Virus record (IMG/VR): IMGVR_UViG_3300032138_000007
Location: 29,245 to 93,244 of that record
Reading direction: 5' to 3' (one strand)
Origin: a virus
Lineage: Duplodnaviria; Caudoviricetes
Length of the DNA stretch: 64,000 nucleotides
Shown: piece by piece, positions 8,668 through 16,127 of the stretch
How positions within the stretch are numbered: the stretch's first letter is position 1
How the letters are laid out: each line of letters starts with the position of its first letter
Program-made: the position numbers and the translations under genes
Notes under the pieces: generated by a model
Seen by the model: the letters and a program-made list of their open reading frames with translations, nothing else
Told to the model about the DNA's origin: nothing
Databases searched by the model: none

Positions 8668-9789
8668 ATGTTTAAGGATATATCTCCAGATGATAGATCA
8701 ATAAAAGAATTTAAAACTTATAAACAATTCACTTTTACAAATTCTGATACTGGAAGTGGTGTTTTTGGTCTTGAAGGTATAAGTGGAAGTGCACATTATT
8801 TCCTAACGGGTTCGGCGGCATCTCAAAGTTTTGGGGTTTTCAACGAAGCTTCTAAAAGTTTCGGACATTCTTGGGATACTTGGTATAGTTGTGGTACTTT
8901 CTTTAAACTTCCTTTATATTTTCAAATAAATAATTCGTATTATGAGTATGATAAAGTTCCTAATAAGAAGTCTAATATAACGAGATTTCCAGTATACACT
9001 CCGAGTAGGTGGGAAAGAAAATGGCCACATGGTAGAGAAGCTTCAGATTGGGGTACTATAGTTCCACGAGAATTACATGATACAGTAAATGTTATAACAA
9101 TTCCACAACAATTTTTTGGTGAAGAAATAAAACCACTTTCAGTTAAAATTCTTGACGATAGCGGGGCAACAACTTTAGATATAAGAGATGATGGACACGG
9201 ACAACTTTATGATTATTTTTATTCTTCAAGTTTTGCAGCAGGAACACCGAGTGGTACACCACGAACAGGAGGTTCTATAGGAAATGTTTTTTATGAACAC
9301 GGAATCATTACAGTTACAGATACAGGTTCAAGATATACGAGTGTTGGACTTGGAACTGGTGGTGATGGTTGGTCAGTAAGATTTCAAGCAACAAAAACTT
9401 CTTATGAATATCAATATCAATGTAACATAGCAGAATATCAATTTACTGGCACTACAAATCCAAGTGCAGTTATTGGTAGAAGTGGTAGTATTGCTGTTCC
9501 AGCAGGTTCCAGATATAATTATAATGGAAAGTTTGAGGCGGACGAGGCACAATATGAAAGTGCTTTTGATTTAGTAATGCCACCAGCAAGTAGATCATAC
9601 GATACGTCATATAGTGGAGATGGTGGATTGTATCATAATTTCACAACACATTCAGAATTTGGGACATACGTCACAAATATAGGTTTATATAACGATACAA
9701 ATGAGTTATTGGCCATCGCAAAACTATCAAATCCAATTAAAAATGATAAAGATTTACCAATTTCATTTTTAGTTCGTTTTGATTCGTAA
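8668..9789 (+). CDS. Structural protein, paralog family B (divergent)
   Basis: GNVFYEHGII; YVTNIGLYNDTNELLAIAKLSNP..VRFD. Confidence 0.6.
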   Translation: MFKDISPDDRSIKEFKTYKQFTFTNSDTGSGVFGLEGISGSAHYFLTGSAASQSFGVFNEASKSFGHSWDTWYSCGTFFKLPLYFQINNSYYEYDKVPNKKSNITRFPVYTPSRWERKWPHGREASDWGTIVPRELHDTVNVITIPQQFFGEEIKPLSVKILDDSGATTLDIRDDGHGQLYDYFYSSSFAAGTPSGTPRTGGSIGNVFYEHGIITVTDTGSRYTSVGLGTGGDGWSVRFQATKTSYEYQYQCNIAEYQFTGTTNPSAVIGRSGSIAVPAGSRYNYNGKFEADEAQYESAFDLVMPPASRSYDTSYSGDGGLYHNFTTHSEFGTYVTNIGLYNDTNELLAIAKLSNPIKNDKDLPISFLVRFDS

Positions 9790-9805
9790 TTAAAGAATAT
9801 ATATT

Positions 9806-9813
9806 ATATTTAT
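9806..9813 (+). promoter_or_regulatory. ATATTTAT putative phage promoter motif
   Basis: Intergenic copy upstream of 9850. Confidence 0.6.
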
Positions 9814-9849
9814 TACTAAACAAAAACAAGATAATATAGGAGAACACAC

Positions 9850-10257
9850 GTGGACAGCCAACAAACGCTTATGGAACAGTTCATAGGTCATTATGGTTGG
9901 ATAGCTGTTACATTTGGATTAGGATTCTTTTTTAAAGAATCTATAATGAATATAATACAAGGGATGCAGATTTTTATGGGTAACGATTTTAATAATGATG
10001 ACGTTATCTATATTAGTGGACGAGAAGCCAGAGTAGTAAGAGTCGGAATGACTAAAACTGTATTTTATATGAAAGATAGGGGTACAAAAATGGTAGTACC
10101 TAACGAAAAGCTAAAAAACTTAACATTAGAAAAAAGATTACCCGCGGGAAAGAGGGGGGTAGAAGATGGTTATTTGCCAAAATCAACAGATGAAATATCT
10201 AAAGGTAAAAAACAAGGACTTCATGCAGTAGAAAGTGAGATTTCTGTGAAAGACTAA
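9850..10257 (+). CDS. Minimal MscS-like membrane protein (TM3 plus beta-domain)
   Basis: FKESIMNIIQGMQIFMGNDFNNDDVIYISGREARVVRVGMTKT....VVPNEKL follows the MscS pattern; GTG start with AGGAG. Confidence 0.65.
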   Translation: MDSQQTLMEQFIGHYGWIAVTFGLGFFFKESIMNIIQGMQIFMGNDFNNDDVIYISGREARVVRVGMTKTVFYMKDRGTKMVVPNEKLKNLTLEKRLPAGKRGVEDGYLPKSTDEISKGKKQGLHAVESEISVKD

Positions 10258-10264
10258 TATTTAT
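10257..10264 (+). promoter_or_regulatory. ATATTTAT putative phage promoter motif
   Basis: Intergenic copy upstream of 10298. Confidence 0.55.
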
Positions 10265-10297
10265 AGTTGTACAGTAACGCTAACATGGAGAAAATAT

Positions 10298-11584
10298 ATG
10301 AAAAAGTTATTGGTTGGGTTGTTGTTATCAACATCCTTTTTATTTGGACAAGGGTTAGAAGGGGCATTTTCAAGCTTTTTTAAGTATTCAACAGTTTATG
10401 CCGGATTTAATCTAAATTCACCAATGCATCAAGATGATAGATATCATCTTTCAATGATAAATCCAGAAACGGGAGAAGAAGATTGGTATGGTGGTGAATT
10501 ATCTGTACAAAAAGAAGAAAGAGATTTAAAACCTGATTATGATATAGCATTTGGTATAAGAAAAATAGCAAGATTCCATTATGAAGCAAAACGAGGTGTA
10601 AAAAACGCTGGTGTTGGTGGAGATTGGTATAAAGGTATGGCAGATGCAAGTCCAAATGAAGCAGCAACAATCGGTAGAGTTAAAGGATTTGAATATTTAG
10701 TCAAGTATATGGAACACCGTCGCTGGGATATGAAACATGCGAGTCAAGAATATCAATTGAGGTATCTTGGTGATTGGTTAATTCTTAAATTAAGATATGC
10801 GGATTTAGGTTTAGAAGAAATTAGATATGGTCAAGGTGATTTAAGATTACGAAAAGAATTTAATGGTGGTAATAGTAGTTTTAATGTTTCATTTGGAGTA
10901 GGTGCACGAACACATCCAGCATACGGATTCGCACCAACTGTTATTGATAGTTCGTGGTATACTTCATCTTGGTGGGAATTCGCATCAGATGAGTTTGGTG
11001 TAGATGATAGATTATATCAAGGTGATACAGATGGAGATGGAATTGGAGATGGTGGAATGGCAGTTTATGACCAACAAACTGGTGAATATATTGGTTATGT
11101 AGGATATGATTGGAGATGGTTTGATGCTGATGGTAATGTAATGGCACATAGTGATAGAGAATTTTATACATATCATTTTCCAGGCATGTTAGATAGTTGG
11201 TTTAATAAACAATTAAAAGGATTGGGAAACCAAAGAGAAATATCTATATCACTTGGAATAGATTGGTATCAATATACAGAGAATTTTTGGTTACACGTTT
11301 GGGGTAGTTTATATCCTTATCACTATGGGTTAGATAAGTATTCTTATCATAACGCAGTAGCGTGGAAAGAACATGATGAAGCAGGAAAAGACCCTGAAAC
11401 TTTTAAATTTTTAGACAAAGGAACAGAGATTTGGATGGATTATGATATAGGTGCAGTAATTGGATTTAAATTACAAGAGAATTTAGGATTCTATGTTGAA
11501 GGAAAATATTTAGATTATTGGAACAGACCAGCTTATGATTTAAAAGTTGGATTAAATTATCAATTTGTAGGATTTGGATTATAA
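10298..11584 (+). CDS. Secreted, probable outer-membrane beta-barrel protein
   Basis: Signal peptide MKKLLVGLLLSTSFLFG|Q; alternating aromatic strands; terminal DLKVGLNYQF; DTDGDGIGD Ca-binding-like loop. Confidence 0.6.
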   Translation: MKKLLVGLLLSTSFLFGQGLEGAFSSFFKYSTVYAGFNLNSPMHQDDRYHLSMINPETGEEDWYGGELSVQKEERDLKPDYDIAFGIRKIARFHYEAKRGVKNAGVGGDWYKGMADASPNEAATIGRVKGFEYLVKYMEHRRWDMKHASQEYQLRYLGDWLILKLRYADLGLEEIRYGQGDLRLRKEFNGGNSSFNVSFGVGARTHPAYGFAPTVIDSSWYTSSWWEFASDEFGVDDRLYQGDTDGDGIGDGGMAVYDQQTGEYIGYVGYDWRWFDADGNVMAHSDREFYTYHFPGMLDSWFNKQLKGLGNQREISISLGIDWYQYTENFWLHVWGSLYPYHYGLDKYSYHNAVAWKEHDEAGKDPETFKFLDKGTEIWMDYDIGAVIGFKLQENLGFYVEGKYLDYWNRPAYDLKVGLNYQFVGFGL

Positions 11585-11594
11585 GGAATGTAAA

Positions 11595-11996
11595 ATGAAA
11601 TATTTACTGATAAGTTTAGTATTACTATTTGGACTATCTGATGTAACTTTTGGTCAAAGTAAATGGGATAAGTTTTTAAAGAAAGTAGAGAAGGCATCAA
11701 AAGAAGCACAGAAAATTGACAAACAAGTACAACAATTAAAGAAACAAGCAGAGAAAAGTGGAAGAAAAAAATCTACAAGTGTTCCACATTTTAAAAGTAT
11801 TTCTAAAGCCGATTTTATAAGTGGTAAACATAAAAAAATTACTATACCATATGACCATAATCTTAGTGTGAAATATGGAGTTGCAGAATACAAAGTTACT
11901 CGTGATGGAAAGAAACAATATCAGATTTCGAGTAAAATTTACATGACAGCTGATGGAGCAACATATGACCGTTGGCGTAAAAGATTAAAACTATAG
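11595..11996 (+). CDS. Secreted basic protein
   Basis: Second ATG gives signal peptide MKYLLISLVLLFGLSDVTFG|Q, with AAGGA upstream. Confidence 0.6.
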   Translation: MKYLLISLVLLFGLSDVTFGQSKWDKFLKKVEKASKEAQKIDKQVQQLKKQAEKSGRKKSTSVPHFKSISKADFISGKHKKITIPYDHNLSVKYGVAEYKVTRDGKKQYQISSKIYMTADGATYDRWRKRLKL

Positions 11997-12006
11997 GAGA
12001 AATATA

Positions 12007-12096
12007 ATGAAAAACGTATGTGACAATCCAAATTGTCAATGTGAAAATTGTCAATGTGAAAATTGTCAATGTGAGAAGGGGAAGCAAAATGATTAA
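12007..12096 (+). CDS. Metallothionein-like 29-aa peptide (not in ORF track)
   Basis: MKNVCDNPNCQCENCQCENCQCEKGKQND; 7 Cys; AGGAGA 6 nt upstream; overlaps the next start. Confidence 0.7.
   Translation: MKNVCDNPNCQCENCQCENCQCEKGKQND
12031..12075 (+). repeat. Three 15-bp tandem repeats (aattgtcaatgtgaa) encoding NCQCE
   Basis: Directly visible. Confidence 0.9.
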
Positions 12097-12703
12097 AAAA
12101 CTATTTTTAGTATTAACTTTATTGTTTACATTTAGTTGTGATGATTTACTTGTGGAAGATGAATATCCAATGAAGTTATGGTTAAATGGTGAAGAAGTAG
12201 ATGTAGAAGCAGAATACCAACGAATTACAACTTTTGCTGAAGAAGTTGAATATGCGGGATATGATAGTTCGATAACATTTATTAAAAAGATATTAGTCAT
12301 TCATTTTCAAAAAGATGCAGGTAGAGTTGAAATAGACAAAGAACACTACGCCGTAGTATTTACTGATTGGGAAGGTGATACATCAAATGGATTACCGATT
12401 GATGAAGGAAGTTATCAATGGCCAAGTGTGTGTTCAGCGTGTCCAAGAGCTTGTATGCATGGAGCACCAAGTAAATGGGTTAGAATGGAAATTCTTGGTG
12501 ATGAAGATTATGGTGTTTCAGGACAAGCACATATAGAAACAATAAGTGAAAGTGGAAATACTTGGGTAATAAGTGGTGATGCTGAAGGTATATTCTATAA
12601 TCCATATTCAGAAGAAAATATGCATGGTGTAATAGAATTTACAAATTTAGAAATTGAAACAGACGAGGATAATACACCATATTTTAATTATGGAGGACGT
12701 TAA
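12089..12703 (+). CDS. Lipoprotein
   Basis: MIKKLFLVLTLLFTFS|CDD lipobox; internal CSACPRAC; true start is the ATG at 12089. Confidence 0.7.
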   Translation: MIKKLFLVLTLLFTFSCDDLLVEDEYPMKLWLNGEEVDVEAEYQRITTFAEEVEYAGYDSSITFIKKILVIHFQKDAGRVEIDKEHYAVVFTDWEGDTSNGLPIDEGSYQWPSVCSACPRACMHGAPSKWVRMEILGDEDYGVSGQAHIETISESGNTWVISGDAEGIFYNPYSEENMHGVIEFTNLEIETDEDNTPYFNYGGR

Positions 12704-13026
12704 TGCCAGGAATGTTTGAAATTATGTTAGTTGGTTTAGTTTGTTTTAATCTTGGAAACACTCTTGGGTATAAACGACATTCTCATGAACATCATAAAAA
12801 ACCAACAAAACAAATGATTATTGAAGATTCTACAAAAGTAGTTAATATTTATATTGATAGACATGGACATTATTGGTCAGACCCACGATTTACTATGAGT
12901 TATAGGTGGGGTATACAACATGGACCAAGAGTAATTGTTTTTCATAAAGGTAGTAAATCCTGGAAAAAAGGATTTAATAAAAAGAGATGGAATAAACATC
13001 TTAGAAAAAAGAGAAAATGGGGATAA
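12703..13026 (+). CDS. Small membrane-anchored basic, His-rich protein
   Basis: Hydrophobic N-terminus, HSHEHH, Lys-rich tail; TAATG coupling. Confidence 0.55.
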   Translation: MPGMFEIMLVGLVCFNLGNTLGYKRHSHEHHKKPTKQMIIEDSTKVVNIYIDRHGHYWSDPRFTMSYRWGIQHGPRVIVFHKGSKSWKKGFNKKRWNKHLRKKRKWG

Positions 13027-13029
13027 GAA

Positions 13030-13629
13030 GTGGCAGAGAATGGACAAAGATTAGGAGAACTGTTATTAGAAGCAGATGTTATAACTAAAAGACAGCTAGC
13101 TAAGGCCTGCCAAAAACAAGTAAAAGGTGATAAAAGAAAATTAGGCGAAATATTAATTGAATTAAATTATATTACTGTTGAGGACTTAACGGATGTAATG
13201 CTAAATACACACCATGTCGATACAGTAGAGCCTGTAATAGAGGAAAAAGTAGTGGCACAACAAAAACCAATAGATATAAGTGAAGATGCTGTAATGAAAA
13301 CAAAGTTTGCATTAGATGTTAAAACATTGATAGCTGCAGCAGTTGGTATTTCATCATTAGTCGGTATGTGGTATGCACTTCAAGCAGACATACAAGAAGC
13401 AAAAGAATTACCTAAGATTGGTAACATATATAATCAAGAATATCCATCAAGACCAGAAGGTTATAACTGGCCAAGGTCGTATGAACAATATAAAGATCAA
13501 GTGGGCAATCTTCAAGAAGATATGGATGAGGTATTTGATAAGTTAGATGAATATGAAGAAAAAATTGAAGATTTGGAAAAAACAGTAACCGACTTGAGAA
13601 TCAAATTAGCAAACAAGAGGGATAAATAG
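13030..13629 (+). CDS. MshEN-type (c-di-GMP-binding motif) protein with TM helix and coiled coil
   Basis: RLGELLLEADVITKRQLAKACQKQ...KLGEILIELNYITVEDL; TM LIAAAVGISSLVGMWY; heptad C-terminus. Confidence 0.7.
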   Translation: MAENGQRLGELLLEADVITKRQLAKACQKQVKGDKRKLGEILIELNYITVEDLTDVMLNTHHVDTVEPVIEEKVVAQQKPIDISEDAVMKTKFALDVKTLIAAAVGISSLVGMWYALQADIQEAKELPKIGNIYNQEYPSRPEGYNWPRSYEQYKDQVGNLQEDMDEVFDKLDEYEEKIEDLEKTVTDLRIKLANKRDK

Positions 13630-13631
13630 TT

Positions 13632-14075
13632 ATGGATAAAGCACAATTAATTAAGTGGGGTTTTAAATTGCTATGTTTAGTCGGAATAGTAGTTGTAATG
13701 TGTGGAAATATTGTTAATGCACAAGATAAACCTAAACCAAAAATAGAAGTTATCAATGACGATAATTTCAAAAAGAAAATAGCAAAAGGATTCGTTCTTA
13801 TTAAATTTACAGCCCCATATCAAATGGCTATGCTTGATGTGAAATTGTTAGATGGTATAAAAGGATTTGAAGGATGTGTTGTTTATGTAGTTGACCATTC
13901 GAGTGTTAAGAAAGTAGTTAAAAAACTTAGAATTAGAAATTATCCATCGTTAGCATTATTTCATAATGGTTCTAAAAAGAAAGTATGGAAAGCAGATATG
14001 GATGGTGTTGTTGATGTAACCAATAAACATATTAAAAAATCAATACAAGATGCATTAGCTGGTGATGTATTCTAA
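13632..14075 (+). CDS. Exported thioredoxin-fold protein lacking CxxC
   Basis: VINDDNF..VLIKFTAPY..KKLRIRNYPSLALFHNG follows Trx; WCxxC is replaced by YQMAM. Confidence 0.7.
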   Translation: MDKAQLIKWGFKLLCLVGIVVVMCGNIVNAQDKPKPKIEVINDDNFKKKIAKGFVLIKFTAPYQMAMLDVKLLDGIKGFEGCVVYVVDHSSVKKVVKKLRIRNYPSLALFHNGSKKKVWKADMDGVVDVTNKHIKKSIQDALAGDVF

Positions 14076-14224
14076 TGCCAAACAGTAAAGCAAAAGATAG
14101 AAAGAAAAAAAGAGCAGCATTAAATAAAAAATGGGCTACTGAAGGTAGAACTGCAGTTCAACACAAAAAGTGGTTAGCTAAAGAAAAAGGTAAAGGTACT
14201 CAATTACCTATATATGGTAGATAA
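14075..14224 (+). CDS. 49-aa basic protein (not in ORF track)
   Basis: MPNSKAKDRKKKRAALNKKWATEGRTAVQHKKWLAKEKGKGTQLPIYGR; TAATG coupling; fills the gap exactly. Confidence 0.65.
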   Translation: MPNSKAKDRKKKRAALNKKWATEGRTAVQHKKWLAKEKGKGTQLPIYGR

Positions 14225-14226
14225 TA

Positions 14227-14619
14227 ATGTTAAAACTCAAAGACTTACTCATAGAAAGAATTGATTATCATGATACTGCAGAATATTTAGTTAAACAATA
14301 TAAACTTCGTTCTAAAGTAAAATTTGGTAAAGTAAAAGGTCAAAATAAAGCAGATTACGATTGGGTTAAAGATGTAATCAATCTAAAAAAAAGTTATCCT
14401 TCAGTTAAAGAATTCATAATAACAGTATTACACGAAATAGACCACGCGAAGATGAGAAAAGAAATGGGTGCTAAAAAGTATGAGTGGGAATATATTAAAG
14501 CTGGGGAAGAAGCTGAACAAAAAGGTCGTGATTTCCACGATGATAACAAATATGAAGAACAAGCTGAAAGATGGGCTCAAAAAGAATACAGTAGAAAATG
14601 GAAGCGAAAATTTAGTTAA
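14227..14619 (+). CDS. HExxH zincin-like protein
   Basis: TVLHEIDH plus a downstream YEEQAE helix. Confidence 0.6.
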   Translation: MLKLKDLLIERIDYHDTAEYLVKQYKLRSKVKFGKVKGQNKADYDWVKDVINLKKSYPSVKEFIITVLHEIDHAKMRKEMGAKKYEWEYIKAGEEAEQKGRDFHDDNKYEEQAERWAQKEYSRKWKRKFS

Positions 14620-14636
14620 TTTGAGAAAACAGAGTT

Positions 14637-14644
14637 ATATTTAT
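14637..14644 (+). promoter_or_regulatory. ATATTTAT putative phage promoter motif
   Basis: Intergenic copy just upstream of 14653. Confidence 0.5.
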
Positions 14645-14652
14645 TAAAGGTT

Positions 14653-15000
14653 ATGAAAACACGCTCAGGTAAGGCCAAAGGCCGTAGATTACAAAACAAA
14701 GTTAGAGATGTTCTATTAGAACATTTTTCAGAGGAATTAGAACCAGATGACATCCGTACAGCAATTATGGGTGAAACTGGTGAAGATATCAAGTTATCCC
14801 CTGCTGCTCGTAAATTAATCCCATATTCATTTGAGTGTAAAAATCAAGAAAAATTAAATATATGGTCATCGTTGGAACAAGCAGAAGAAAATAGTGGAGA
14901 TTACCCACCTGTTTTGATATTTAAAAGAAATAGAAGTAAAACTTATGTTACTATAGAATTAGAAGAATTTATAAAATTAATAGATGATAGATCAAAATAA
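14653..15000 (+). CDS. PD-(D/E)xK nuclease, Holliday junction resolvase-like
   Basis: KAKGRRLQ..VRD.L, GEDI, SFECKN. Confidence 0.7.
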   Translation: MKTRSGKAKGRRLQNKVRDVLLEHFSEELEPDDIRTAIMGETGEDIKLSPAARKLIPYSFECKNQEKLNIWSSLEQAEENSGDYPPVLIFKRNRSKTYVTIELEEFIKLIDDRSK

Positions 15001-15937
15001 ATTAGTATATCTTATAGATAGAACTATTGGTTCTAAAGGTCAAAAACTCAAGAAACGAGATGAGTATATGTATTGGAGTCCATTTATATCTCATCATAAA
15101 CCTAAATTACAAGTCAATATAGTTACAGGTAAATGGCACTGTTGGGTTTCTAATGCAGGTGGCCATAATTTATTTCAATTATTCAAAAAATTAAATGCTA
15201 CACAAGAACAATTTAGTGAACTTCATACCATCATAGGGGATAAACCATTTCGAAAGCGAAATGATGATAGTGCATTAAAAAATAAAGAAGTAGAATTACC
15301 AAAAGAATTTTTGTCTTTGGTATATAAACATCCATCTCCAGTATATAAACACGCAATGTCTTATTTACAGATGAGGGGAATTACATACGAAGATATATTA
15401 AAGTATAATATTGGTTATTGTGATCAAGGACTTTATACAAATAGAGTTATTATTCCAAGTTATGACGAAGATGGAGTATTGAATTTTTTTGTAGGACGAG
15501 ATATATTTGAAAGTAAAATGAAATATAGAAATTCACCTACACAAAAAGACATAATAGGATTTGATTTATTCATTAATTGGGATGAACCTGTCGTGTTATG
15601 TGAAGGTCCATTTGACGCAATTGCAATCAAAAGAAACGCTATTCCATTGTTTGGTAAGACCATTCTACCAAAATTAAAATTAAAAATTATAGAGAAAAAA
15701 GTAAAATCTATATATATATCATTAGACACGGATGCAATAGGTGATTCTATGAAGATGGTAGAAAACTTTATGAATCACAATATTGACGTCTACTTTGTTA
15801 AATTAACAGAAAAGGATCCGTCAGATTTGGGTTTCGAGAAAGTTACAGAACTTCTTAAAGAAACTGATAAGATGAAGTTTTCAGATTTGATGAGAATGAA
15901 GTTGAATGGTAAGACAAAAAGACATATGGAAATTTAA
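14984..15937 (+). CDS. DNA primase (DnaG/gp61-type Toprim)
   Basis: YLQMRGI, NRVIIP, FFVGR, KYRN, LCEGPFDAI, ISLDTDA, KDPSD. Confidence 0.9.
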   Translation: MIDQNKLVYLIDRTIGSKGQKLKKRDEYMYWSPFISHHKPKLQVNIVTGKWHCWVSNAGGHNLFQLFKKLNATQEQFSELHTIIGDKPFRKRNDDSALKNKEVELPKEFLSLVYKHPSPVYKHAMSYLQMRGITYEDILKYNIGYCDQGLYTNRVIIPSYDEDGVLNFFVGRDIFESKMKYRNSPTQKDIIGFDLFINWDEPVVLCEGPFDAIAIKRNAIPLFGKTILPKLKLKIIEKKVKSIYISLDTDAIGDSMKMVENFMNHNIDVYFVKLTEKDPSDLGFEKVTELLKETDKMKFSDLMRMKLNGKTKRHMEI

Positions 15938-16127
15938 TGATGAAGAGTGGAAAATTCACATTTCAGATGAATCATTAAAAGTTAATGTGCAAAAGAAATT
16001 TAATCTTATAGATACAGGTACTATTTATTATGAGAATGGTAATTTTAAAGAAGAAACTTCTTGGGATATAATAGTTCCCAACGATTTAATTAATAAAGTA
16101 AAAAAATACATCAAGGATAATAGTTGA
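15906..16127 (+). CDS. Hypothetical protein
   Basis: 73-aa ORF bridging the primase and nuclease genes. Confidence 0.55.
   Translation: MVRQKDIWKFNDEEWKIHISDESLKVNVQKKFNLIDTGTIYYENGNFKEETSWDIIVPNDLINKVKKYIKDNS

Noticed and set aside
12020-12088. IVNVK N-terminal extension of the lipoprotein
   Set aside because: Wrong frame; the RBS serves ATG 12007 and the signal peptide starts at 12089
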